Below are positions 8,632 through 17,704 of a stretch of 34,501 nt of DNA, piece by piece; positions within the stretch are counted from its first letter, which is position 1; each line of letters begins with the position of its first letter. The stretch is from Candidatus Micrarchaeota archaeon (lineage in GTDB: Archaea; Micrarchaeota; Micrarchaeia; Micrarchaeales; CABMGC01), in NCBI GenBank assembly GCA_030040335.1, contig JASHTX010000020.1:1-34501 (forward strand). Direction: 5' to 3'. Under the pieces are notes generated by a model. It saw only the letters and a list, made by a program, of their open reading frames with translations. It ran no database searches and was not told the origin of the DNA. The position numbers were made by a program, and so were the translations under genes.

Positions 8632-9852
8632 TCAGTTGATAAGCGTGCCGTATCCTGAAAGCCTCCATCTCTGGCTGAAATTGCGCAGCACTGATATCTT
8701 TGCGGATTTGTCTACGCAGGCAGCGTGCCTCAGCTCAACTGTGAGCGTGTTTCTCTTCACGGTCTTTACGTAGCCGACATTGGTACCGGTCCCGATTCCC
8801 AGAAGCAGCGGCTCCTCTGGCTTGAATCCCTGTTTTGGCAGGTCATCCCTGTTGAGCGACTCATAAGCCATCTCCAAACTGTAGGAGATCTCGGGAAGCT
8901 TGCCCACGTGGCCGACTATCTGGCCCACAAGCGTGTCTGCCTTGCTGAGCGCAGGGTCAAGGCTTGTTCCAAGCGCTATGAGCCCGCCTGCGATCGCCTC
9001 CTGCAGCTTGTCCTTGTCAGCCGAGATGCTCTCGATCTTTGTTATGATCGGTTCGTAGGACTCCCTTTTCTTGTCCTTCGAGACGTTCAGCCCTGGTCTT
9101 ATCTCTATTTCGTCTCCTACCTTGAACTTTCCCCTTATTACAGACCCTCCTATGATACCGCCTTTGAGTTCCTTTATCGTGGCTCCGGGCCTGTTGACAT
9201 CAAATGACCTTGCGATGTACATTATAGGACTTGAGGTTGTGTCGCGCTTCGGGACTTCAAGTTTTGCGAGATGCTCAAGCACCACATCGACATTTATGTT
9301 CCTGTTGGGCATCACTGGTATTATGCTCGCCTTTTCTATGCTGCTGCCCTTTATGAAGCTCTTTATCTGGTTGTAGTTCTTCACTGCCTGGTCCTTGCCG
9401 ACTATATCAACCTTGGTCTGCACTATTATCGCGTTCTTTATACCCAGAGCGTTGATGAGCATGAGGTGCTCCTTCGTCTGCGGCATCGGGCAAGGTTCTG
9501 TAGCCGCGATCACGAAGAGCGCCGCATCTATTATGTTTGAACCAGCGATCGCAGTTGCCATAAGCGTCTCGTGGCCTGGAGCATCGAGCATCGATATCCT
9601 GCGCATCGGTTTTGATTCAGAGCCGTCGCCGCACTTTGCCTCTGTGGTGTAAGATGCTGGCCCATTCTTGTCCCCGCACACCCTGATGGTGGCATCAGAG
9701 TAGCCTAGCTTTATGGTCATGCTGCGCTTTATGCTCTCGCTGTGGACATCGGTCCAGACGTGCGTTATCGCATAGGTGAGCGTGGTCTTCCCATGGTCGA
9801 CATGCCCTAGGGTGCCGACATTGAGTTCGCTCTGCTTGGGTGCCTGTTCCAT
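8632..9852 (-). CDS. eif2g: translation initiation factor aIF2 gamma subunit
   Basis: 406 aa. GTPase motifs are G1 GHVDHGKTTL, G3 DAPGHE and G4 QTKVD. Domain II/III length is typical, and it sits next to rps6e as in many archaea. Confidence 0.97.
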   Translation of the reverse strand: MEQAPKQSELNVGTLGHVDHGKTTLTYAITHVWTDVHSESIKRSMTIKLGYSDATIRVCGDKNGPASYTTEAKCGDGSESKPMRRISMLDAPGHETLMATAIAGSNIIDAALFVIAATEPCPMPQTKEHLMLINALGIKNAIIVQTKVDIVGKDQAVKNYNQIKSFIKGSSIEKASIIPVMPNRNINVDVVLEHLAKLEVPKRDTTSSPIMYIARSFDVNRPGATIKELKGGIIGGSVIRGKFKVGDEIEIRPGLNVSKDKKRESYEPIITKIESISADKDKLQEAIAGGLIALGTSLDPALSKADTLVGQIVGHVGKLPEISYSLEMAYESLNRDDLPKQGFKPEEPLLLGIGTGTNVGYVKTVKRNTLTVELRHAACVDKSAKISVLRNFSQRWRLSGYGTLIN

Positions 9853-9873
9853 AAGCGTAATAAGATAAAGCAG

Positions 9874-10275
9874 CTACTTCTCTTCCTTGCTTTCGGCCTT
9901 TGCCTTCTTCGGGAAGAGTTCCTCCGCGCTCTTTGTTCCGTATTCAACTATCAATGTGTTGATCTGCCCGGTGTCCGCGCTGACAGTGTTGCCGCGTATA
10001 AGCCTCCTCATGCGCTTGCCCTTCTTGGCGCCGACAATTCCGGGGCCGTTTGCGATCAGCATGTAGACCTTGCGGGTCCCGTCAACCTCCCTTCTTGATG
10101 GCGCGCCCATCGTGTCGCTCAGCCCGGTAATCTGCAGTTTGTATCCGTCCATGCCCACGACGCCGCCATCTATCGTCTCTCCTATCTTCTTGCCGAGCAG
10201 CATCGGCTCGTGGTCTTTGGGCACTTCTACCTGCGCAGTCTTGCCGCTCTTCTTGTCAGAATATACTATTTTCAT
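9874..10275 (-). CDS. rps6e: 30S ribosomal protein S6e
   Basis: 133 aa. The sequence MKIVYSDKKSGKTAQVEV...GYKLQITGLSDTMGAPSRREVDGTRKV matches the conserved core pattern of archaeal S6e. Confidence 0.93.
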   Translation of the reverse strand: MKIVYSDKKSGKTAQVEVPKDHEPMLLGKKIGETIDGGVVGMDGYKLQITGLSDTMGAPSRREVDGTRKVYMLIANGPGIVGAKKGKRMRRLIRGNTVSADTGQINTLIVEYGTKSAEELFPKKAKAESKEEK

Positions 10276-10281
10276 ATAAAA

Positions 10282-12441
10282 CTACCTGTACATGCTTTCC
10301 GGCTCTTCCTTGAACCTCTTTATCCTCTCGGCAACCTCCTTGGGCACAGCCGGCTTTATCTCCTGCAACGCTTTCATGAAGTCCTCTTTCCTTACTATGT
10401 TTCTCTTGTTCCTTATGGCATTCATTCCCGCTTCGCGCACTATGTTCTCTATCTCCGCCCCAGTGTACTCCTCAGTCACGGTCGACAGCTCCACGAGGTC
10501 GACATCCTTGTCCAGGGGCATGCGCTTTGTATGAACCTTGAATATCTCGAGCCTGGCTCCGGCATCTGGCATAAGTATCTCAATCACCTTGTCGAACCTG
10601 CCGGGTCTCAGCAGCGCAGGGTCTATGTCTTCGGGCCTATTCGTAGCCGCAAGCACGACCACGTTCTTTAGATCGCTAAGGCCATCAAGTTCCGTAAGGA
10701 GCGTATCGACGACCCTGTCAGACATGGAACCGGAAGTGTCTACGCTCGTGCCCCTTGACCGGCCGAGGGCATCTATCTCATCTATGAGTATTATGCACGG
10801 TGAAGCCATGCGGGCTTTTCTGAAAAGTTCCCTGACCGTCTTTTCACTTTCTCCGACGAACTTGCTGAGTATCTCAGGTCCCTTTATCGAGATCAGGTTT
10901 GCTTCCCGTTCCGTTGCAACTGCCTTGGCGAGCAGCGTCTTGCCCGTACCCGGCGGTCCCACAAGCAGCACGCCCTTTATCGGCCTTATGCCTATTTTCT
11001 CAAACGCCTCAGGATCCTTCAAAGGAAGCTCCACTGCCTCCTTCAGTTCCTGCTTGACCCTTTCCAATCCGCCGATGTCAGACCAGCGCACGTTCGGCCT
11101 TTCGACGAAGACCTCTCGGAGCGCGCTCGGCCTGATGTTCTTGAGCGCCTCGAGGAAATTGTCCCTCGTGACCGTCAGGCTCATAAGCAGCTCTTCGGGT
11201 ATTCTCTTCTTGTCAATTATCTTTGGCCAGACTCCTCTCAGCGAGACCATCGCCGCCTCTTTTGCAAGGGCGCTGAGGTCTGCACCGGTATATCCATGCG
11301 TTATTGCAGCGAGCTCATCCATCTCCACGTCTTTGGAGAGCGGCATGTTCCTCGTGTGTATCTGCATTATCTCCTTTCTCGCGGTCCTGTCAGGCACTCC
11401 GATCTCTATCTCCCTGTCGAATCTTCCCGGCCTGCGCAGCGCGGGATCTATGGCGTCTGGCCTGTTTGTGGCTGCAAGAACTATAACCTGCCCTCTGGCT
11501 GGCATGCCATCAAGAAGCGTCAGCAACTGTGAGACCATCCTGCGTTCCACTTCGTTCGTCGCCTCTTCCCTTTTCGGGGCTATGGCGTCTATCTCGTCCA
11601 TGAAGATGATGCTCGGCGCCTTCTCGTTTGCTTCCCTGAAGAGTTCCCTGAGCTTTTCCTCGCTCTCGCCGACGAACTTGCTGACCAGTTCTGGCCCAGA
11701 TATGGAAATGAAATGTGCATCGCTCTCGTTTGCGACGGCCTTTGCGAGCAGTGTCTTGCCGGTACCTGGTGCCCCGTAGAGGAGCACGCCCCTCGGCGCT
11801 TCTATCCCGAGCCTCTCGAAGAGTTCTGGATAGCGTATCGGGTACTCAACCATCTCCCTTATCTTCTGTATCTCGGTCTTCAGCCCTCCGATGTCCTCGT
11901 AGTGCACATCTGCGACCTTGACCTCAGACTCAGAAACGGGTTCCTCCTTGACAATAAGGGTGGTGTCCTTTGTTATCTTCACGACCCCGTGAGGGGAGAC
12001 CTGGACAACTATGAAGTAGAAGACAAGGCCGAACATGGGAATCGGTATCGAGTCGCCCTTGACCAGCGGCCTGTTCTCAAGCCTGCGCTTCGCGTAATCA
12101 GAGAAATCTGGAGACAGTGGCGGCCTCTGGCTGACCGGCGGTGCGATGGTCACCTTCTCGGCCTCCTTGACCTCCGCCTTTGAAACGAAAACCTTGTCGC
12201 CTATGCCCACGCCTATGTTCTGCCTCAGGTAGCCGTCTATCCTTATGAATCCAAGACCCTCATCGCTGGGGTGCGCCTGCCAGACTATTGCAACTGTAGA
12301 CTTGCTCTTGCCCTTTATCTCGATTACGTCTCCGGACTCCACTCCCAGAATGCCCCTTGCCCTGGAGTCCAGCCTGGCTATGCCCCTCCCGGTATCCGTT
12401 ATAAGGGCGTCACTGACAGTCAATTCGATGCCACTAGCCAC
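10282..12441 (-). CDS. cdc48: AAA+ ATPase Cdc48/VAT (p97-like), two AAA domains
   Basis: 719 aa with GTG start. It has an N-terminal Cdc48_N-like double-psi barrel region, D1 Walker A GAPGTGKTLLAKA and D2 Walker A GPPGTGKTLLAKA, each with a DEID Walker B. The C-terminus ...ESMYR fits a HbYX 20S-proteasome docking tail. Confidence 0.96.
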   Translation of the reverse strand: MASGIELTVSDALITDTGRGIARLDSRARGILGVESGDVIEIKGKSKSTVAIVWQAHPSDEGLGFIRIDGYLRQNIGVGIGDKVFVSKAEVKEAEKVTIAPPVSQRPPLSPDFSDYAKRRLENRPLVKGDSIPIPMFGLVFYFIVVQVSPHGVVKITKDTTLIVKEEPVSESEVKVADVHYEDIGGLKTEIQKIREMVEYPIRYPELFERLGIEAPRGVLLYGAPGTGKTLLAKAVANESDAHFISISGPELVSKFVGESEEKLRELFREANEKAPSIIFMDEIDAIAPKREEATNEVERRMVSQLLTLLDGMPARGQVIVLAATNRPDAIDPALRRPGRFDREIEIGVPDRTARKEIMQIHTRNMPLSKDVEMDELAAITHGYTGADLSALAKEAAMVSLRGVWPKIIDKKRIPEELLMSLTVTRDNFLEALKNIRPSALREVFVERPNVRWSDIGGLERVKQELKEAVELPLKDPEAFEKIGIRPIKGVLLVGPPGTGKTLLAKAVATEREANLISIKGPEILSKFVGESEKTVRELFRKARMASPCIILIDEIDALGRSRGTSVDTSGSMSDRVVDTLLTELDGLSDLKNVVVLAATNRPEDIDPALLRPGRFDKVIEILMPDAGARLEIFKVHTKRMPLDKDVDLVELSTVTEEYTGAEIENIVREAGMNAIRNKRNIVRKEDFMKALQEIKPAVPKEVAERIKRFKEEPESMYR

Positions 12442-12512
12442 TGAGTTTCACCTTAGCAAATCGTATACTCGTTATAATTATAAATACCTTCTGCAATCTT
12501 CTGGGAGAGCGG

Positions 12513-13205
12513 CTAGATTGCAATCCTGTAGAAGGAAGAGAACAGAAATGCGAAGATGAGCCAGAAGATGAGCGCAACAGCAACCGTCACCAGGCCGAGG
12601 ATCGCAACGAGAAGCAGGAATATGACTGCAACAACTGAAAAGTAGATGTACCTGTTCCATCTCAGGATCTTGCTGCCGTCAAGCGGGTAGATGGGAAGCA
12701 TGTTGAAGAACGCGATTATCAGGCTGAAGAACATGACAGAACCAAGCAGCGTCTGCATGAAGCTGCTCTGGTTGGGAATGGCGGCACTGATTCCCAGGAA
12801 GATCACGAAAACTGCGAAGTTTGTCAGCGGTCCGGCCAGGGAGACTATCCCGTCTTCCTTCCTGGTGAAGTGCGGCGCGTAGATCATCGTGGCCCCCGGT
12901 ATCGCAGCCAAAATGCCGAAGAGGCTGCAGGCGAGGGTGATCATCAGGCCGGTATCCGACCTCCTGAAGGCGGCCAAAGCGCCATAGTGCTGGGCTACAA
13001 ACTTGTGCATCAATTCGTGAAGTACGAAAGTGCATGTGACCGCGACGAATGATATCAGGAGGAGGGAGGGAAACAGTGACAGTCCAGCGGAGAACTTGGT
13101 GATGCCTCCCGCCTGCGCAAGCGCAAAGGCGAAAGTCAGCACAGCATCTGCAACAACTATGTCCTCCACTTCCCTGGAAAAGTATCCCCGCTGCTCAACT
13201 TGCAT
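12513..13205 (-). CDS. M50-family (site-2 protease-like) intramembrane metalloprotease
   Basis: 230 aa and polytopic. HELMH (HExxH) lies in a TM segment, and NMLPIYPLDGSKIL provides the NxxPxxxLDG motif. Confidence 0.85.
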   Translation of the reverse strand: MQVEQRGYFSREVEDIVVADAVLTFAFALAQAGGITKFSAGLSLFPSLLLISFVAVTCTFVLHELMHKFVAQHYGALAAFRRSDTGLMITLACSLFGILAAIPGATMIYAPHFTRKEDGIVSLAGPLTNFAVFVIFLGISAAIPNQSSFMQTLLGSVMFFSLIIAFFNMLPIYPLDGSKILRWNRYIYFSVVAVIFLLLVAILGLVTVAVALIFWLIFAFLFSSFYRIAI

Positions 13206-13257
13206 TCAAACGGATTGAATTGGGTGAAAAACATTATTAAGACCATGACAGGCGGAT

Positions 13258-14799
13258 TCATTTCTTCTCAAATATCGTAAGCCCCCCAGCCTCATAATAA
13301 ATTGTGTAGTTGTTTTCAGTGAAGTTGCTGATGTTGAAGTAGGTATCGTTGAAATAGGTATATTCAGATAAGTTTCCATCTACGATTATATATTCGGGAG
13401 CGAACCAGTGAACTGAAATGCTGTCGGATGGAAGAAACGGCAGAAAAGCTATCGGAAAATTCACCGGGTATGGTTCTAGTTGCCTTATGTAGAATAGGTG
13501 CGTGGCTATCGGAGGCTGAGCCAGGACGCTGGCGTTGCTTGGAATCGTCTCAATAGCGCTTTCCACCTGGGTGTAGTTGTAGCCCACTTTCGCCGGAAAG
13601 ATTTGGACTGGAATTGAGAATATCGGAATGAGGGATGTCAGTACGGAAAGAGTTAGCACCAACCTGTATAAAATCGGTGTGAAGTTTTTGGCCAGCTTCC
13701 CAGTCGCTCCGGAGGTTTTTGCTCTCTGCTTTGAAAGTATCAGGAATCCGAGTATGGCCGAGAGGAGGCTTCCCCCAATGACATATAGGTAGTACTCCAT
13801 ATAGAAATTCACAAAAGCATAGTTATGCGCAAGAAGGACTTCGACAAGCCAAGGCGAAAGGATAACCACGCTTAATATCGGGTTCCTCAATGTCGAGAGC
13901 CCGAATCCTATGAAAACCGCGACCAAGCCGAACAGAAGGAGAAGGTATTGATTGTAAGTGATACCGACGCTGTAAATCTGGTCGCTCGGATTTAACACAT
14001 TGGACAGCTGTCCGGACATGTAGTTAATCAGCTTGGTTATGGGAGGCTGCGACGCATAAGAGGCAGTCGCATATGTGTTGATTATGTAGCTCGCAGCTAC
14101 AGAGTAGAACAGGAAGGCAAGAAACGTTAGCAGGAAACCGAGCAAAAGGATTCCCATCCTTTCCCTATGCCCGGCTCTGCCAATGCGATTGCCATTCCCG
14201 TTGTAGAAGTACTCGTACAAGAGCAGCCCAAGCAGCATCGCAAACCCAACCGCGTAGCTAACCTCTGCGATGCTTAACAGAAGCAAATAGCTTATCACAA
14301 AAAACTTCCTGTTGCCCTTGAGATAAAAGTAAAAGGAGAGTATGTAGAAAATCGGTATGAACGCCTCTGCATGAAAATCGAAAAAGAGAGCGCCTCTCAG
14401 CCCCGGATTGATAAGGAAGGCAAAAGCCAGTGCAAATGCTGCCAGCTTGTTCTTCAGCAAGTCCTTGGAAATTACATAAACAACAACTGTGGTAAGAGCC
14501 AGGACAGTTCCCTGTATTGCAAAGAGCGTTATCGGCTGCTGGTAGATTGCGAAGACCGGGGTTATGAGCAGGCAGAAGGGGCAGAGGTGGTTGGAAAATA
14601 CCATGTATTGGAGTATATTGATGTTCTGCAGGCCGTGGAGGTGCCAGTAGAAGCTGTAGACCTCAATACCAAGATCATAGTATGAGGACTGAAAAGTCAC
14701 AAATCTGTAATTTTCAAAAAATATCCAATATGAGAAGTATATTATGGAAAGCAGCACGATTGCAAACAGGTACCTGTCCGTCTTGGTGTCGGAGCTCAT
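13258..14799 (-). CDS. large polytopic membrane protein, possibly GT-C-type/DUF2079-like glycosyltransferase (function weak)
   Basis: I trimmed track ORF 13258..14874 to the internal ATG at 14799 (MSSDTKTDRYLF...), because the upstream 25 codons run through the tRNA-Gln gene and its TATA box. Many hydrophobic helices are followed by a C-terminal soluble domain with N-x-S/T sequons. Confidence 0.75.
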   Translation of the reverse strand: MSSDTKTDRYLFAIVLLSIIYFSYWIFFENYRFVTFQSSYYDLGIEVYSFYWHLHGLQNINILQYMVFSNHLCPFCLLITPVFAIYQQPITLFAIQGTVLALTTVVVYVISKDLLKNKLAAFALAFAFLINPGLRGALFFDFHAEAFIPIFYILSFYFYLKGNRKFFVISYLLLLSIAEVSYAVGFAMLLGLLLYEYFYNGNGNRIGRAGHRERMGILLLGFLLTFLAFLFYSVAASYIINTYATASYASQPPITKLINYMSGQLSNVLNPSDQIYSVGITYNQYLLLLFGLVAVFIGFGLSTLRNPILSVVILSPWLVEVLLAHNYAFVNFYMEYYLYVIGGSLLSAILGFLILSKQRAKTSGATGKLAKNFTPILYRLVLTLSVLTSLIPIFSIPVQIFPAKVGYNYTQVESAIETIPSNASVLAQPPIATHLFYIRQLEPYPVNFPIAFLPFLPSDSISVHWFAPEYIIVDGNLSEYTYFNDTYFNISNFTENNYTIYYEAGGLTIFEKK

Positions 14800-14820
14800 G
14801 CCTTTATAGCAGCAAAAAAC

Positions 14821-14830
14821 ATTATTAATA
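14821..14830. promoter_or_regulatory. TATA-like box ATTATTAATA shared by the divergent tRNA-Gln and membrane-protein genes
   Basis: Its centre is about 27 nt from the tRNA 5' end (14853) and about 27 nt from the ATG at 14799 on the other strand. An A-rich BRE-like run (GCAAAAAAC) lies on the tRNA-upstream side. Confidence 0.45.
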
Positions 14831-14852
14831 CAAGCGTGAAATAACAAAAGGA

Positions 14853-14925
14853 AGCTCCATCGTCTAGTGGTCAAGGATATCAGGCTCTGAACCTGAGGAC
14901 TCCAGTTCGAATCTGGATGGAGCTA
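14853..14925 (+). tRNA. tRNA-Gln (anticodon CUG)
   Basis: Hand-folded cloverleaf. The acceptor is AGCTCCA/TGGAGCT (7 bp) and the D-arm is GTCT/GGAT. The anticodon stem TCAGG/CCTGA holds loop CT-CTG-AA. The T-arm TCCAG/CTGGA holds a canonical TTCGAAT loop. Discriminator is A, total length 73 nt, and CCA is not encoded. Confidence 0.93.
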
Positions 14926-15022
14926 TAATCTCGGTTTCGTGCAAGCAGATCCTATCTCTGTCAGCAGGTATCATAAGTCAAACTTTATTAACAGGGAAAT
15001 ACTCAGGGATTGACAAGATCTC

Positions 15023-15559
15023 ATGTATCAAAAAGCACACGAGGGCGTGACTTTGCAGCACAGAGATGCTGTGCCGCGAACTGCGCTTCTGGTAAGGAGA
15101 CAGGATGACAAATCAAAGGGCAGCCTGTTTGAACTCAGGGAACCTGATGAACTCATCACTGGGTTGAGAGTGGGAACTGGGCAAATAGGATTCTCGTTCG
15201 GGGGCAGCCACCCGCAATACACCGAGGGCGTGAATATCTGCAATGCGCTCGTACTGAAAAGTAAGGGCATCAGCATGCTTTTCCATAATCATCCTGATAC
15301 GTCTGCCCTGCTGGCAGAGTCTTCAGATACCGTTTTGAACGACTTCAGAAGTAACAATCTGCCTACCTCTTTCGACACGGCAACAATCATAGCCTCAAGC
15401 CGCAGTAGCAAGACCGCTCTAAAAAATACCGAGTTATTTGCAAAAAAAGTCGCTCGAGCGTTAAACCCACCTATAGAGAGCGGTTTTGAAGGAATAAGGG
15501 TTGATGTAAGCCAGATCGGGGAGATTTCTGTGATATCCGATTGGGTCTGGGGTTTCTGA
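15023..15559 (+). CDS. hypothetical protein (ORFan)
   Basis: 178-aa ORF. TATA-like CTTTATTAAC about 30 nt upstream fits a leaderless start. It contains LFHNHPDTS, but no complete family signature was recognised. Confidence 0.5.
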   Translation: MYQKAHEGVTLQHRDAVPRTALLVRRQDDKSKGSLFELREPDELITGLRVGTGQIGFSFGGSHPQYTEGVNICNALVLKSKGISMLFHNHPDTSALLAESSDTVLNDFRSNNLPTSFDTATIIASSRSSKTALKNTELFAKKVARALNPPIESGFEGIRVDVSQIGEISVISDWVWGF

Positions 15560-15622
15560 GAAGTGCCACAGCTTGGACACCCACACCGTTATCATATTAA
15601 ATAAGCGGTGAGCTAGAGAGTC

Positions 15623-15988
15623 ATGAAAAAGAGAGGATTCTTGACTATCGTCTCTGCGCTGCTGCCTGTAATTTTAACACTCTATCTCTACTCGGCGATA
15701 ATAGCCCAGACATCTGCTTCTTTGCCGGTCTGTACAAAATCCAGCTCCGGAACAGAGTGCCACAATGCGGCGCCGCCGATATTTAGCCTTACAACCGTGC
15801 TAGGTCTCGTGTATGTAGCTTCCATGTTCTTGTGCCTGATCATTTTCACAGTGAGGAAAGCACTCAGACCGAAGAGCCAGATTCTGCAGACGATCATGCT
15901 CTGCCTGTTCGCTTTCGGGGCTTCAGGGCTCATATGCTCATTTCTGGTTTCATTCGTATTCGAGCATTTCTACTCGATCCCGATATGA
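15623..15988 (+). CDS. hypothetical small membrane protein (about 4 TM helices)
   Basis: 121-aa ORF with four hydrophobic stretches. TATA-like CATATTAAATAAG lies about 25 nt upstream of the ATG. Confidence 0.55.
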   Translation: MKKRGFLTIVSALLPVILTLYLYSAIIAQTSASLPVCTKSSSGTECHNAAPPIFSLTTVLGLVYVASMFLCLIIFTVRKALRPKSQILQTIMLCLFAFGASGLICSFLVSFVFEHFYSIPI

Positions 15989-16039
15989 TAGATAAGAGCT
16001 TTAATTCTGCATGCTGCTATAGGTTAGGAAAGCGAGAAG

Positions 16040-17029
16040 ATGCGAGTCAAGATAGACGAGATAAGAAAACTGTGCGAGAACGCCCTGGTCAAGAAAGGAG
16101 TGCCGAAAGACGAGGCGAAGGTGATCGTGGACGAGTACGTCGAAGGGGATCTTCAGGGAAAGATGACACACGGGCTGATCGCGTTTCCGGCAATGACTGA
16201 AGGCATACACGTGCCCGAAGAGAAGTGGAAGGTTGAGAAGGAAAGCAGCAGCGCAGTCTTCGTCGATGGCAAGGGCAATTTTGGGATGACCGTAGGGAAG
16301 GCGCTTATGGAACCGCTGTGCAAAAAAGCCAAAAAGGAAGGGATCAGCTTTGCCGCAATTTCTAACATCACGACATTCCTCAGGCCGAGAAGCATTGCGC
16401 AGCTGGTTGCAGAAAAGGAGATGATAGGGATGGTGCTGATAAACGGAGGAAGCGAGATGGTAGTGCCTGAAGGCGGGATCGACCGCATGCTTGGCACGAA
16501 TCCCGTCGGGATCGGCATACCGACTGACCGGGGCCCGATGGTCTTCGACCTTGCAACTTCCAAGCGCGCCTATGGCGAGATAACGCTCTCTAAAATGATG
16601 AAGCGGCTGCTGCCGAACGAGACGTTCATAGATAAAAACGGAAACTTCACGACAAACCCAGATGACGCGTACGCGATAGTGCCAATGGGCGGATACAAGG
16701 GATTCGCGCTCGGCTTGTTCTTCGAGATACTTACAGGATCATTGGTTAGCATGCCGATGGGCGTCAGGGGAGTGACTGCAGACTACAGGAAGCGGTACAG
16801 GGGTGCGGTAATCATTGTGATAGACCCCTCATTCTTCACAGATATGAAAGAGTTCAAGGCGAGGAACTCGGAACTGGTGGCTCAGATAAAGGCGTCGAGG
16901 AAGGCCAAGGGAGTGAGCGAGATCATTTTGCCAGGCGAGCATGCGAGAAAGCTCCGGGAAGAGAACCTGAGTAAAGGGTATCTGGAGTTGGATGACGCGC
17001 TTCTAGAGAAAATAAAGAGCATGGGCTGA
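16040..17029 (+). CDS. Ldh_2-family (malate/L-lactate/sulfolactate) dehydrogenase
   Basis: 329 aa. The N-terminus ...LVKKGVPKDEAKVIVDEYVEGDLQGKMTHGL... and the later GTNPVGIGIP and GGYKGFALG segments are characteristic of the type-2 malate/lactate dehydrogenase family. Confidence 0.85.
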   Translation: MRVKIDEIRKLCENALVKKGVPKDEAKVIVDEYVEGDLQGKMTHGLIAFPAMTEGIHVPEEKWKVEKESSSAVFVDGKGNFGMTVGKALMEPLCKKAKKEGISFAAISNITTFLRPRSIAQLVAEKEMIGMVLINGGSEMVVPEGGIDRMLGTNPVGIGIPTDRGPMVFDLATSKRAYGEITLSKMMKRLLPNETFIDKNGNFTTNPDDAYAIVPMGGYKGFALGLFFEILTGSLVSMPMGVRGVTADYRKRYRGAVIIVIDPSFFTDMKEFKARNSELVAQIKASRKAKGVSEIILPGEHARKLREENLSKGYLELDDALLEKIKSMG

Positions 17030-17038
17030 TTCGCAGCA

Positions 17039-17704
17039 TCATGTGTCGTTTTCAGCAATTCCTATGAGCGTCGTAGGATTTACCGAATAACCGGGGTTCT
17101 CCTCCACAAGCGCCAAGACCGCGGTATCGTTCTTCCAGCCGTACAGCGTCTGATACTCTACCGTGGAGTTCTGGTAAGTGCCATAGGTGTAATTGAAGCC
17201 GCCCTGGGCGCCGCTGTACACGGTGCTGGGCGTTATGTTAAGCGATGATGTAGCAGAAGCCCCCAGAAGCTTGGCCATGCTGGTGGTGTTGCTCCCCTCA
17301 ATCGCAAAGTATTCGATGCTCTGGTTGCTGAGAGTGCTGGTTCCGCTGGCGGTGGTCAGCCAGCCGCTGGTTGCGTTGCCGTAAAGCTGCGGTACCGAAC
17401 CCACCAGGTCCGACATGTTGATCGGAGAGTTGGGGTTAAAGAGGTCTGACGTGCTGTAGTTGGTGAGCTGGGAGCTGAAGAGGGTCTGTACCTGTGACGG
17501 GCTCATGTAGATTGGATTGCTGCTTAGCGACTTGTTCTGCGTTATTACCGGGCCGCTTGGACTGGGGTAGAGCAGTATGACTATGACCACTATCGCTACG
17601 ATCGCTATGATGATGTACAGAAGCATGTGGCTGTTGCCTCTGCTCCCTGACTGATTCGAAGGCTGTGTCTGCTGGCTTGGATCTGTGCCCATATCCTGAC
17701 TCAT
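17039..17704 (-). CDS. membrane-anchored, sequon-rich extracellular protein (hypothetical)
   Basis: 221 aa. A polar N-terminus is followed by a single TM helix (LLYIIIAIVAIVVIVILLY) and an S/T/N-rich ectodomain with about 10 N-x-S/T sequons (NKS, NYS, NMS, NAT, NQS, NTT, NIT, NYT, NST, NDT). Confidence 0.65.
   Translation of the reverse strand: MSQDMGTDPSQQTQPSNQSGSRGNSHMLLYIIIAIVAIVVIVILLYPSPSGPVITQNKSLSSNPIYMSPSQVQTLFSSQLTNYSTSDLFNPNSPINMSDLVGSVPQLYGNATSGWLTTASGTSTLSNQSIEYFAIEGSNTTSMAKLLGASATSSLNITPSTVYSGAQGGFNYTYGTYQNSTVEYQTLYGWKNDTAVLALVEENPGYSVNPTTLIGIAENDT

Noticed and set aside
10538-11779. 413-aa Ser/Leu-rich ORF on the + strand (plus shorter ones at 10292..10534 and 11713..12183)
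   Set aside because: It lies entirely antisense to the well-supported cdc48 gene. Its low-complexity S/L/A composition is typical of a shadow frame of a G/E/K-rich gene, and it has no motifs.
12513-13205. Could this polytopic protease be the prepilin peptidase missing from the pilus cluster?
   Set aside because: It carries HExxH and NxxPxxxLDG, which are M50/site-2 metalloprotease motifs, not the paired Asp (GxGD-type) motifs of PibD/FlaK/EppA peptidases. The prepilin peptidase appears to lie outside this window.
14800-14874. N-terminal 25 codons of track ORF 13258..14874 (MTTRRWSFLLLFHACINNVFCCYKG)
   Set aside because: This stretch overlaps the tRNA-Gln gene and its TATA box. The internal ATG at 14799 sits at leaderless distance from the same TATA element.
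15023-15559. LFHNHPDTSALLAESSD, reminiscent of the RadC/JAB (MPN+) metalloprotease motif HNHPSG...PSxxD or HxHx7Sx2D
   Set aside because: The spacing after the second His does not place Ser and Asp in the required register, and no upstream catalytic Glu context is evident. That is too weak for a family call without a profile search.
17039-17704. Possible additional pilin (single N-terminal TM helix, sequon-rich ectodomain)
   Set aside because: There is no G/A-Q(S/I) cleavage motif and no +5 Glu. The helix is preceded by a 26-aa polar region ending in ...GNSHM, so an ordinary signal anchor is more likely.
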